This document shows positions 1 through 12,939 of a DNA stretch of 64,000 nt, one piece after another. The stretch's first letter is position 1, and each line of letters begins with the position of its first letter. The notes under the pieces were generated by a model. The model worked only from the letters and a program-made list of their open reading frames with translations, had not been told where the DNA came from and ran no database searches. A program made the position numbers and the translations under genes. This DNA is from Camelus dromedarius (Eukaryota): assembly GCF_036321535.1 (NCBI RefSeq), contig NC_087437.1, forward strand, positions 88,166,001 to 88,230,000. Reading direction: 5' to 3'.

Positions 1-1769
1 TATTTGATTTTAGAAAGTTAGAAAAACTTGTATTCATTTTATTCTTATAAATAACTATCAACTTCATACATTCAATTACTATAGTATGCTATGTTCTTTG
101 GGTGGCAAGATTTCAGGCTCCTTTTTTAATTATATTTCTTTAGTAGTTTCCAAATTTTTTCTTAGAATTTAAATTAAGGACAAAATAAATCTGGACTAGG
201 AAAAATAAAAGGTGGGCATTGCAGTTTTAGCTTTACCTCTTTTTTTACTTTCTGTATCTACAGAAAAATACAATAATAGTTGATTTTTACAACAATAGTT
301 TTCAGATATTTCAAAATTCTAAGTAGAAGATTAAAACAGAGTATTATGTAAGATTGAGTATAATCCTTTGAAGTCCACTGGTGCTAATGTTCAATACTTT
401 CGAGTTGCATTTGTTTGCTTCTTATTCAAATAATATACAAATGCCAATATTTTCATAGATTAAAAGAATGAATAATGTATGCCAGTATATTCCCAAATAG
501 GAATAAATTAAGATTCCATAAGTCTTTTTAACTTTGTGACTCAATCATACTTCAAATTTTTTAGTTTTTTCTTTTTAGTTATTAAAGACACTTCTGTTAC
601 AAAAAAGTATGAAAACCATAGATCAAGGGAAAGGAGAAATAAATTTCCCATGATCAATATTATGATTTTTCACTAGAGACTATAATAAAGATTTACTTTT
701 TTAAAATAAATGAATGACCTAGAAAAAATTAATCTCTTTTCTTATTTATAATATTCTAGTTAGAGACTGGCCATGGAATTAAGGCAAAATCTGATGATTC
801 TGACCAAACGTTGCAGCAAAAGTTCTAAAAGACAGTAAGTTATAAAATATAAAACAAAGAAGAGCTAGAGTGAATTTTGAAGCACAAAAATACATAATTT
901 AAAACTGATTTTATACACGAAATCATGGAACATAAACAAGTTTGGGGCTCAGAGGCATCAATGCTCTCAATAACAAGCCTGTTTTGCACTAGGATGTGTA
1001 AACACACAAATCAATTTGTTTGACTGAGATGCTAATTTTATCTTGAAAATTTTCCATTGTGTGAAACTTATCAGAGTATTAATACATTATTTAGAGTATG
1101 TGATAGACAGGGAAGATCAGCAAACACTGAAATACCCTGAAGATGTGGGAAAATGTTACTAAGCCTAAAGTTCTCAAAGAGAGATTTCTTTGCTCAAATC
1201 ATTTCATTTGCAGTCATTAAATCAATTTTTAACATTGAGATATTTAATGAAACTCTCACAATTTTATGATTTTAGGATATTTTCAACAAAACAGAAAACT
1301 AATGAAACACCAAAATGGTTGTTTCTAGATTATTCCATAGTTCTAAATGTTAACTGAAGTACATTTGGTAGAATATTTAACCCAGTTAGAAATTTTCAAG
1401 TTGTAAGTTTCTAATTTAGGTGTAGGTCTTTTGACTGAACAAAACAATTTGATTTAGTGGGAAATCCTTAGTGAGGACAGGCCAATTGCAGGAGCCTCAC
1501 CCTTGCAGAATTATTTAGGTCAAACTGGGGAAAGTGGAGACAAGTTGCCTGCCCTCGTGTCTTCTGGGGGGGAAGAGAGAGTGAAGGTGACTCATAAGGA
1601 ACAGTCCATGAGATGCCAAGCTACCTAGCAATGGAGCCTGTTGGTAGAGGCAGTGACGTGAGTAGGGAGGAGGTCAGGTGCTGCCCAAACTCCTGCTCGC
1701 TCTTTTTTTCTCTAGGGTTTTTGGCTCCTTGTCAACATGGTTGTTCTCTGCCTTTAGGATCCACTTTTG

Positions 1770-1920
1770 TGAAGTAATGGTTAAGAGCATGACCTTTAAA
1801 GCCAGACATGATGAATTTTTAACACAATTCTGTAATTCAGGTAAGTTGCTTAACTTCCCTCTTAGGGATGATGTAAAGATTAAAAGAAATAAAACAATAT
1901 GTGTTAGCTGTTATTGTTAC
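1770..1920 (+). mobile_element. MIR SINE fragment
   Basis: MIR-like 'aatggttaagagcatgacc...gccagac...ggtaagttgcttaacttc...gatgatgtaaagattaaa...ttagctgttattgtt'. Confidence 0.65.
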
Positions 1921-1999
1921 ACGCCTCACATTATTTCTCCCTTTCATTCATTCTGTTATTGTTGCTTTACTGTAAAAATATTTTGTCAGTTACATCCTG

Positions 2000-2205
2000 T
2001 GGATTGTCTCCGGATCAGTGTCTTGACATTTTCTTATGTAATCACAATACCACTATCACAACTAAAGAAAATAAACAATAAATTTATATTATTATCTAAT
2101 ATACCCAACATAGTCAAATTTCTTCCATTGTCAAATAAATGCTATTTGTATTTTTTAATCATTCCAGAATCCAATGAAAGTTCAGACATTGCAGTTAGCT
2201 ATTAT
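2000..2205 (-). mobile_element. Old L1 (L1MC-like) 3' UTR fragment
   Basis: 'cacaataccactatcacaactaa...atctaatatacccaacatagtcaaatttc...cagaatccaat...acattgcagtt' resembles the reverse of an L1MC 3' end. Confidence 0.6.
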
Positions 2206-2429
2206 TAAAATATATTTTTAAGGAACTCTCTTTTTGCACCTATATTGTTTTTCACTCAGAATAGTTCTTGTGTAGCAATTATTAAGTATCATTAACTTAA
2301 CACAGGCACTGATTTTTGTGGACACCAGAGGTGATCACTCAACACACATAGAAATTAACTCACAATCTACCAGATGATTACAGAAGAATGCCAATTTAAG
2401 GTAAGATGGTAAAGAAAAAAAAGCTTTCA

Positions 2430-2680
2430 ATAATTGATACTAATACAGTGCTTTTCAGTTTACAACAGTCTTTCATATGTTATCGCATTTGAATCTCAGG
2501 GAAGTTTTAGAAATCCCTGTCATAAACAGAGAAAGAAACTGAAGTTCAAGAGTGTTAAATGAATTGCCTAAGGTATTAATGACAGTAAGAGCAATTTCCT
2601 TGGTTTATAATGAATATATAAATATTTGTTGAAACATTAATAAAAGTGAGAAAATATAACAAGATTTCTGATTCCAAATC
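2430..2680 (-). mobile_element. MIR SINE fragment
   Basis: Reverse MIR core 'catttgaatctca...gaaactgaagttcaagagtgttaaatgaattgcctaagg'. Confidence 0.6.
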
Positions 2681-2778
2681 TTTACTATGATATTTGGTTT
2701 CAGTTTTAGAAAAAAAACTCTGACTTTTTTTCCTAAGACCTAGACTTACTGACGGTGTGCCAATGACTTTATAATCTC

Positions 2779-3258
2779 TGTGGTAGGAGAGTCTCTGAAA
2801 CGTTTATGCTCAGATACAACCCTAACAGTATTATCTGAAGGTGACGGCTCATTCGCGATTTGAGATCAGGCCCGTGGGAGGCATATGTACCCAGTTTCCA
2901 CCAGGATGAGCTCTCAGCAGCCAGATTGATAACACTCACTCTTCTCCCCGGCTGATTAGCCGAACAGTCTAGAAACAGACCTGTGACTAAAGCAGGACCA
3001 CTCAGGCACTCCTCTCCAGGACATGTGAATATCTGAAAAGAGAGACACAGAGACCAGTACAGATTGGTGGCTAAGACCAGTTAATAACGGCAGTGCTCTG
3101 AGGCGTAGACTGGTGAGGACCTCAGAGCTGCCTTAGTTTCTGATGTGGTCATTCCTTCTTGGTTTTCTGTGACATATTCTAGTACCCAAATAAGCTTTTT
3201 GGCCAAATAGTCATAATTAGATTCTGTTGCTTGAAACCCAAAGAACCTGAATCAATAG
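2779..3258 (+). mobile_element. MaLR (MLT1-type) solo LTR
   Basis: Starts TGTGG and ends 'tctgttgcttgaaacccaaagaacctgaatcaatag', the typical MLT1 3' terminus; ~480 bp. Confidence 0.65.
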
Positions 3259-3934
3259 AATATTACAGAGATTGTATTGGGTGTTTAGGCTATCTGGGTT
3301 GAAGTGTAGAATATCATTTAATATCTGAAAGACCTTAAGAGTTGGGAAAGACCCACTAAAATGGCAACAAGGGAGATTCTCCCCTGCCCTGCCTGATTCC
3401 ACACTGTCTCAGGTGGGCAGTAAGATTACATTTGCACCATGGCAAACAGTAGGACTTGTTTCTGGTACATGGTTTGACTCTGTACAAGTTAGTGGTATTC
3501 CTACAAGTGAAAATATTTATTTTAGGGATACAGGACAGCAGATTTAATAGCAAAATTTTTTTAAAAGCATATGAACAAGTAATCCAAAACCACCTAAACT
3601 ATTACTTAGAACTACCAGAGCCATCCAAATAAAGCATATAAATTCACAGATTTCACTGTATAACCCAAACCACATATATATTTTTCAATTAGAAGTAAAT
3701 GATTATCTGAACTACTGATACCTGTACACACAATTTAAAGCACAGAAAGTGATTTTACAAAATCATTTATTAAGGCGCTAGTGGAGATTATTTATGTATT
3801 TTATGATTACCTTTGATACAAAGTTTTAAAAAAATGCTTTAAAATTAATGCACTGTAGAATCATCACCTGTAAAATTCTTTAACTGATATATTAATGTGC
3901 ACTCAGTTCACTGAAGATCTATTTGCTATGCATT

Positions 3935-4035
3935 GTTCCCTGTCTTATTTACTTGTGTACGCAGTGTCTAGCACCATGCTTTACACAAGTTTAGGCATCA
4001 ATTAATATTTGTTGCATAATAAATGAATAAATGCA
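3935..4035 (+). mobile_element. L2 3' end
   Basis: 'cagtgtctagcacc...aatatttgttgcataataaatgaataaatg' is an L2 tail. Confidence 0.65.
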
Positions 4036-6380
4036 ATAATCCAATTGAGGAGTTTGCAAATCCTCATTTGTATATATACAACTAGCACAAATGGATGGGA
4101 AGGAAAATCAGAATAACTTTGCAGCACCAAGGCTCATATTCATTTTTTTCTTTCCTAATTCAAAGAACACTTAGTTTTATAAAATGTGGCATTTGTGATT
4201 TCCAATTATAATATACCCTTTTTTGTGACTATGAGGATCACTCAAAGCCTCGTTTTTCTATGAAACATTATCTGGGTCTATTTACATGCAATTCTTTTCA
4301 CTGACAACATTCAAATTATGGACTGCTGAATGGATTTTTAAAATTTTAATAAACTATTTTCATACATAGAAGCAAGATGAATAAATATTTTTCTGTAATG
4401 GACATGAAGCTCTCGTGCTCCCTCTCTTTCACAGTCTTCTCTTTTTATGCTAAGAGATTGTTATCTCTTTATCATTCAGCTCTATTTTAGGCACTTGCTC
4501 TACTTCTTTTGCAGACTCACTGGTGATCATTTGCTGTTAAGAGTTGTGGCGTATACCCATGGCACCAGTTTTCTGCTTGACAGGACAGAATCCTCGAGTT
4601 TGGGTAATTCTCCTGAGAGTTTTCTAGAAAGCTTTTCACCACTCCCCTGTCATTTTTCTCTTTTATCTTCTAGTAGAAGCAATGACAGAATCCACTATTG
4701 TCCTCCTAGTTGTCACCTCCTCCAGCTGTTGAGCTTAACTGTGGACCATTTAAACTCACTTGTGTTTTCTAGCAGATCCTGCAGGAACACATTTTACTGA
4801 TTAATCTTCAGAAGGGGAGACAGTAGTGCCAGGAAAACACTTTGCCTACCACTCCACCTTCCTGATTGTTGAACAGGTGTAGGTAGCAACACTTTTCCTG
4901 TGTAACACACGATTTTTTTTTTTCTATTTCATAGAAGTTAGTAATATGAACAAGTGAACACAGTGACAATGGATATTACCAGGAGAGGTCACTGAATTTT
5001 TTTCTATTTTAAAGATCTTTGACGCAGTATAAAATCAATGGGGAAATATGTGAGAAATATTTGAGTTGGGAGAGTAAGGAAAAGAGATCAGTGTTACCTC
5101 ATTAATATATATTTATTTAGTAATCTCTTTGAAATGTGGTATGTCATAGGTATTGTTATAGTCTAGAATACAAGAGTTAAAGAGAGATGTTTCATCCAAA
5201 GAGGTCCATAGAATAGGGAACATGTAAATAAGCCAGTAAATAGAATATTATCAGTGTTTTAATAAAGAGAAGAATAGAGGCATATAGAAGGGGTACCTAC
5301 TTGAGGCTGTACTGACAAGTGGGAGGCAGAAAAGATTGTCCCAAGAAGAGTTCTGTCTAAAGAAATATCCTAATTTGATCTGCTGGCTAAGATAAAGTAT
5401 CTGGTTAATCTGAAGTCCTACTGAACTTGAGTCAGCAGTGAGTTTTAATGGAATCATATACATAACATCCAAGATTCAACTTCACATAGAAGATCTATGA
5501 ATGCCAAGTTTAGCCAGTCAGATACTCTCATTTCAGTAATACCAAAGAAATGTGACTATCTGAATATGATTGTATTGCTGTGAAAAGGATTCATAAAAGC
5601 TCATGCCTTAAAATATAAAACAAATGTATGTGCTTTTTTGAGAAAGCAAATAATAAATAACATATTTCAAGTTAAAATGTTCATGGCCCTCTGGAAATTG
5701 CCTTGCATAAAAATTAAATAAATATTACTCACACATATTACATTTGCCTTTGTGGCAAATTTCCAACAAAAACCCAATTCTTATGATAAATTATAATCTC
5801 CTAATATGAAAGAGTGTTAAGTTAAATCCAGTGAATATATACTTAAACACTAGGTAGTCTGTCATTTTCTATTTTGATACAAGCTGTTAACACAACAAAA
5901 AGAATTATGTCCTGATATGTTATATTGACTTATTCTTAATTTTAATGATTTTTCCAAATACCCAGCATTAGGTATCTTCCATTGGTGGGTTTTCTCGAAA
6001 TATGAAAGATAAAGTTACTTTTTCAGTGATAATAAAACATTCAGATGTGTATATAATAGGCAGAATTACATCAAAGACCAAGTGTTGATTTATGGAAGAC
6101 ACCATGTGTCAATTAAAACCCAAGGAAAGGTATAAAGAGGGAGAAAATGAGAAGCAGGAGGGATTGGTATCATTTCAATTTCTAAGAGTTTCAAGTTGTC
6201 ATAGATGCCAAAAGGATTTGGAATCAAAAAGGGTCACTGAAGTTATCAAGAAAAGAGAAAAATGCATAAATCTAAGATAGTAATATTAATATGGATGTGA
6301 CTATAAGTTAGATTTTAAGCAGTTAAAAGAATATATAGAAAATCATAGCCAACATAGGGGGTAGAATCCTTGGCAAGGAG

Positions 6381-6875
6381 TGTGGCACAGACGGTAGTTG
6401 TAGTTGCCATCCAATATCCACTCTCCTATTAATTCTACCTAAAAGACTACATCTCCAGGCCACACTTGCAGGTCAGTAAATTCATATAACCAAGTTCTGG
6501 CCAATGGAATGTAATAGAAAGTGTTGTGAGGAATTTCCAGGATGAACAACGAGGGCTGCTTAAAGAAAGCTGGATAGAATACTCTTCCGTCATTTTCCTC
6601 TTTCACCAACTGCAGGCCTGGATGCCAGTGCAAAGGTTGGCACTATAGCAGCTGTTCTAGACCAAGGTGGTAACCTTGAAGATAAAACCATCAACTGAGG
6701 AAGGTAGAACTGAAAGACAAGAATCTGGATTCTGGAGGACATCATAGATCTGCCACATTGACCCAGATTCTGAGCACATCCTCTTTTACATAAAAAATAA
6801 ACGTCCACCATGTTTAAGGAAATCTTATTTTTTAACCTTTTGTTTTATGCAGCTGAACTTAATCCTTCTGATTCA
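6381..6875 (+). mobile_element. MaLR solo LTR (MLT1J-like)
   Basis: TG start; 'aaaagactacatctccagg...aagttctggccaatggaatgtaa...gaaagtg', AATAAA, and end 'tgcagctgaacttaatcct'. Confidence 0.75.
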
Positions 6876-7029
6876 GACTGATTCTGTATCTTCAGGGCCC
6901 TTGAATTTCTATAGCGTCTACCACTAGTAGGCTTCTAAAACAAAAGAGAAAGGGGAAGTACGATTTGATGCACTGAATCTTTTAAACACATACCAATAAA
7001 CTGTTCCACTTTTAAATCAAGCATACATA

Positions 7030-7320
7030 GAACTGCATGACTTAATTTCCATTGCTTCCTTCAGGCCTTGTTCAAATGGCGTCCTCTCGGTGAGAAACCC
7101 TGGCTATGCTAAACTTAGGCTACTCTCTAGCATCCTTCTTTTTTCTTTATACCTTGTCACCACTTAAAACAGTACACAGTGAAGTTATTTATTTTGTTTT
7201 GTATCTGCCTTTTTGCATACACATTAGACCTATGTGGACAGGAGTCTTCATTTATTTGATTCAATGATGGACTTCACCCATCTAAAAATGACATACTAAT
7301 TCTTAATCCAAATATTTGTA
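7030..7320 (+). mobile_element. L2 3' region
   Basis: 'cttccttcaggcc...caaatggcgtcctctcggtgag...ttatttattttg...ggacaggag...aaatatttgt'. Confidence 0.55.
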
Positions 7321-9639
7321 CTAGGCTCTTTAAGATTAAAATGTAAACTGTTCAAAAATTATAAAATGATTTACTTTTCCTATGTCGGCTTTAATTTTTA
7401 TAAATATACAGCTAAGTCCTTTGTAAATTAAAAGGTATTCAGCCAATTTCCATTTCACTTCAAGTAAAATAAAAATTAAGGAACTGGCTACCAAGAATAG
7501 ATTAGTGTGAACATTTTTTAAAAGCTGTATTGATGAAAGAATTCTGGGAGTACTTGTTGTGGTCGAAATGCACCTAAAATATACCATGGTATATTAACAG
7601 TATTGATGACAAAAAAGACCCCAGCAAAAACTTAGGGCATTTTTCTCCTTTGTTTCTGAGACTGAGAAAATAGTTTTTTTTTTTTTAATAGTTTACTTGG
7701 CTTGTCCAGCACTGTCAAAAAGCGACGCTTACTTGTGATATTTATATTAAATTGGATAAATGAAATATTCATAAGGCTAAATAGAACCACGGAAAATAAA
7801 ATTAATTCTGTCACAGAAAACTTAATGTCAGTGCATACTTTCTGGAGCAAGTATATTCTATGTTTCATTTCTTATAGCAAAATCCTGCTACAATTTCAGA
7901 ACAAAAAAGGGAACAATTCCCTTGTAAAGAGACCGACCATATTTCTCAGGTAGGGAAAATACCCACAGGAAACAAACGTTTTGCCTCAGAAATAACTGCT
8001 AAGTCAAGCTTTCAAATATCCAAACCCCCTTTTTTAAGACATAACTTGAATTTCCCTGAGTTATGAGTAAGCAACATTACTTATAAGAATAATTTCAGCA
8101 GACAATTATAACTTAAAGAATGAAAAAATATTATATTTATGTAAACCAGAAGCATTAAAAAAACAGGTAAAAGGAAATAGCCCTCAAAAGAAGAAGGTGA
8201 TCAGGTGTCTCAGTAGTTGTATCAGCCAGCCTACTAGCACGTGGTAGGGACCGATTTCATATTTTTAATGAATTTTTAAATGAAATTTTAATTGAATTTT
8301 TAAATGAAAAATTATGTTTATCTTCCATATCAAATTAATTTTTTCTAGTAAAAACTAGAATGTTACAGAACTGAATTGTGTTACAATAACGTACCATTTT
8401 AATCTTCCTACTAGTTACTAGTAAGCTAATGATTTACCTTTATGACATCTGCCACTTTAACTCTACGCATTCCTCTATGTCTCCAGGAAAAGCATCAGCA
8501 CGACTGATTTATAAAAGGCTGAGTGACTTACCGAAGCCCCCAAGTGATATAATATTTCTGGGTCTAATGAGGCCCAGAAAATTCTGTATCTTAAAATGAG
8601 AGGCTAGGACTAAAAGACCTAAGATGAATTCCAGGCTCTACCATTCTGCAATTCTAAGACTGGACAATTAACCCACCTGATAAGAATGTGTTAATCTCTT
8701 TCGGAGCTCTTCTCACACTGTGTTGTAATATGGGCTCCTTCACTTATTCTACTTTTAGCCTATCTTGTTCCCTGGTAAGAATTTAAAGGAGTTTATTTTG
8801 TCTAAATTCTCCTTGAGACTGTGGGCATCTGGGAGGTAAGAACCACGCCTGATATGTTTGTGTCCCTAGCACTTGATATCTTACTTGGTACATAAGACAT
8901 ATTAGTCGATAGCCCACACTTGCAGCAGAATGTGTTGGTTATGCTCTTAAATTCTTTATGCTTGCTTCTTTTTTTTTGCCTTAAGTATACAAAATGCCAT
9001 TAGAAAATTCTATTTCACTAGAATTTTCTTTAGGGAAGGTATCATCACTGCCCCAACGCTGCAGAGTAACAGCAGGAGTATGGTAAATACAGGCTCCTGA
9101 TATTTGAAGTCTCTGGACTGGCTATAGATCATTACTAATTCTAGGACTCAAGTGCCCCATTAATGAAAGTGTGAGGCATGGGTAATATTCACAGATAATA
9201 ATTATAAAATAAAATAAAATATAGTGATTATATAATATAAGTACTGAACACACATATTGTTTTTTATTCTAATAAATATACAAAACAGCTAATTTGACAC
9301 ATTTAATGACACATGTAATAATTTTTTCTTGAATGATAATCAGATACAAGTATAAACAGTTCATATGAATGACTATAATCAGAATACTTTTTTTCTTCTT
9401 TATAAAAACATTTTTCCAGGGCATAAAATTAATATCAGTGTTGACCTCTTCTCTGATATTATTAAACATTTGGTCATCATCATACTTCTCCATGTCACCT
9501 CTTATTTGGAAGGCAGAACCTTGGGTCTTACTTCAGAATAAACAGAATTCCTTTGTCTCTGGGAGTTCATTTTGTTTTACTTACACCCATCCAACTATGC
9601 ATCTAGTCATAGATTCATCTACTTTTATCATCCCTCTAT

Positions 9640-10110
9640 TCATTTAGCCAACCCATCCATTCATCATTCTTACATTGACCTATCCATCCATTCATTCATC
9701 AGCTAATTATCGAGCACTTAATCTGTGCCAGGCTTACAATGGTGGAGAGACATACATTTAATCCAATTATAAAACACTGAGATAAGTATAATAAACAGGT
9801 TGTATAAAATTATATGCATCACAAAGTTGGTTGGGAGTAGACAGTGAAAATTTCCAATAAGAGGTACTAGCAAGGGCTTTAGACTGGCGTGGGAAGATAG
9901 ATTGGAAGTGAAGATACGACGTGTGCAGGGTTCTAAAAGAATATGAAGCCTGGATAAAGCAAACTTGTTGTTTCTATGAGAGGGCATAAGTGTATGTTTG
10001 GTGGTCAGGTGGTGGGGTGGGGCAGGAAACAGGAAGGTAACAGGAACTGAGGCTGGAAAAATTGGTACCATCAGATCACAAGGGTTTCTCTGTGCCATAC
10101 TGGGTACTAG
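9640..10110 (-). mobile_element. L2 fragment
   Basis: Reverse L2 tail 'catccattcattcatcag...tcgagcacttaatctgtgccagg' followed by a purine-rich L2 body. Confidence 0.65.
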
Positions 10111-12450
10111 TGAGGTAAGGTAAAATCTTCACAGGACAGATGTGAGTTAACAAGCTAAAAAAAACCCTAATATTTTCATGTGATTAATATATCCATTAAG
10201 AAATTAAAAATGGTTTTTACTTTTAACTTTCAAACAAAACTGAATAAACCTCCCTGTCTGACAAGGTTGAACTGATATGTGATCTGCTAATTAAAGAAGT
10301 CATTTAAGATGGAAGAATTATAAAAAATGATCCACAAGTAGTTCACATACTAAGTTGAAGGATTTATTGTATTAATAAAAATTAATAACCCAAACACTGA
10401 GCCAATAAGACTCATGAGCAACGGCTATTTTTCTGGAGGTGAATTATAGGGGATGTTTGCATTCTTATTTATGTAAACGTATAGTATTCATAATTTTATA
10501 CCAATAATATTATATTGATTTAATAATCAGAAAAAGTAAAGTTATTTTCAATTTGAGGAAAAGTTTGAAGAAAAATATTAATTACCATAATGGGCTATTC
10601 TAAAAGCGGAAACTTTAGCTTAAATTTTAGAGAATTAAAATTTTCTTTATTTGGTGACAGCTTTGTAGCTGTCATCAATTTCAGTAGCAATGCAAACAGA
10701 AAGAGTCCTCTAACAGAGCCATGCTCTTAACAATTTTAATTAAAACTCACCTTAGAGAGCATTCAATGTTATTTGCTACAGAAATAAGAACTTGGAAATC
10801 TAAAGGCACAACACAAATCCTTTGCTTAATTAAAATTATGATGGTAAACATCCACCAATATTATGAACCAGCGCAGACAAACTAATTTAGACAAAACTCT
10901 TACTAATTTCATGGAAAAATCAAAACTACTTTCAGGATCCCTTTCAGATGAAGAAACTGTTTCTACAACAGGATATTCTAAAAAAAAAAAAATGTGTAAC
11001 AGACAGTGGAGAACAGATCAAATTTTAAAATTACAATTTTGATGCCAAGAATACTTTGTATGTCATTTACAGAGTCCAAAAATTTGTTAGGTAGACACAC
11101 TTTTAAATTGAAATCACTTAGTGTTCTTTCAGCTGATTACTTTGAATAAAGATACAAGGAATGGCAATATAATACAGTGATGTCTAGCACAGTGCCTGGT
11201 GCACATAAGGCATCAGACAAACAGTAGCTAGCTTGTCAACCCCTTTCCTGAAGCCTGGTTAGGTTCCAGGTCCCCTTTCATGCTTCAGAAGGATGCGCAG
11301 GCTGCTTCTGTGACCACTAGTATAGGCACTGAACAGGTGAAAACCTCTTTTAGTTAATGGCTCTGGGGTGAAATACATTGGCAGGTAAATAGTCAAAGAG
11401 GTCCTAGCTGAGTAGCCCTGGGAGAAAGCAACATTCAGAGACCAGCAGGCCACCTAGTGTTCCCTAGCAATCAATGTCATTGCCCCAAAGTGGAGAAAAT
11501 CAATGATTCACAATCGTTTCTCTTTCCCATTTTATTTTTTTCAGTGTTTATAATTTAGCAATATAGGTGACATTTAAAGCACTCTTCTGGTAAATACATC
11601 TTTTGGAAGGGCTTCAATTCATTACAACTGTAAATCACTTACTCATCACACCACCTGCCAGTGTTTCTCTCCCTCCACCATTTTTTTTTTTTTTTGGTAT
11701 CAGTGTTATTCACCCTTATCTTATCTATACCAAATTTTAAAAACTGTTAGAAATATGCAAAAATTCATCAAAGTCTTAACTTCATTTTAAGGAATTTTTT
11801 AAAATGATGAATGCTCTCTAAATAAAAACGTTTTTATCAGCAAGTGTGATAGATTTACCCATTTAGTCTGGCAAATAACAGGCAATTTAAAGATGATAGT
11901 TGAAAACTACAAGAAGCAGGAATCACTTAGAGGAACTTAATTCCTTTTCTCCTATAAACTGAACTTACTCTTAATTTGGTAAAATTCAAAGATGTATTTT
12001 GTATGGTAGGGAAATCAGTCCCAACAGGAAAAGGTAAGAAATAACACTGATGGAGTATCTATTCTCTGCCGATATTTCATATATATTATCTCATTTAATT
12101 TTCACAAGAATATTATAGGATAAGTAATGTTAACTTCATGTTATCTATAGAGAAGTCACTGTTATCCAGTTAGTAAAGGCAAATCCCACATCTGTTTAAT
12201 ATCAAGTCTGTGTCCTTTTCACCATTTGCTGCTTCTAAGCAGATACTCTTTAAAACAGTTTTTTGAATTTTGAAAACTAACTCCCTTTAATCCTTCAGAA
12301 CAAATACCTAATTCACTGTTTTAAGTCTACAGTAGTGACAGTTGTACTAGTAATACGCACTGATCCTTAATTATGAGGCAGGAAACATGTTAATAAGTGC
12401 TAAACACATTATTCTATTCTAGCCTCTCAAAAACTCCTAGATGCGATTAA

Positions 12451-12666
12451 TAATAACCAGCTTTTGTGTAGCCCTTCTAATGTGTTAGTGTTCTCAGCAC
12501 TTTATACATATTAAACTCAATCTCATGTGGTGGTGATTATTTTATCCCCATTTTAGGGTTGAGGAAACTGAGGCAGAAGGAGATTAAATTTCTTGGTCAA
12601 GGTAACCCAGCTGGCAAATGCTAGAAGAGATTCACATCCAGATAGCTTGACTTCAAAGTCTTTGCT
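12451..12666 (-). mobile_element. MIR SINE
   Basis: Clear core 'tatccccattttagggttgaggaaactgaggcagaag...caaggtaacccagct'; apparently nested in a second degraded MIR (~12350-12750). Confidence 0.85.
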
Positions 12667-12932
12667 ATTTATTTTCTTATTTCAAAAATGAGCAAACAAT
12701 TCAGAAAAGTTACACAACTTAGAGAAGATGATTCAGGGGTAAGTGGCCAAGTAAGGCCGGTGAGATAATGTGTTCAGACAAGCGATTGATTTCAAGGAAC
12801 TAACACATCTTTGTTTAAGTGACTTCATAATGAAATTAATGACACAACTTGTAATCATTTTAGATGAATATATTCCTCGTCTTGTTAGAGGAAGTATGCA
12901 GAGCATAACGTTCTGAGGACAGCATCCTGGGA

Positions 12933-12939
12933 TGACTCA
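12933..12939. promoter_or_regulatory. AP-1 consensus TGACTCA in a repeat-free block
   Basis: Exact motif; function not shown. Confidence 0.25.

Noticed and set aside
1678..2208. 176-aa ORF
   Set aside because: GTG start, runs through MIR and L1 remnants, no recognisable domain; chance ORF.
7336..7953. Cluster of overlapping ORFs and splice-like sites
   Set aside because: Candidate exons contain stops or need implausibly short introns; no coherent gene model.
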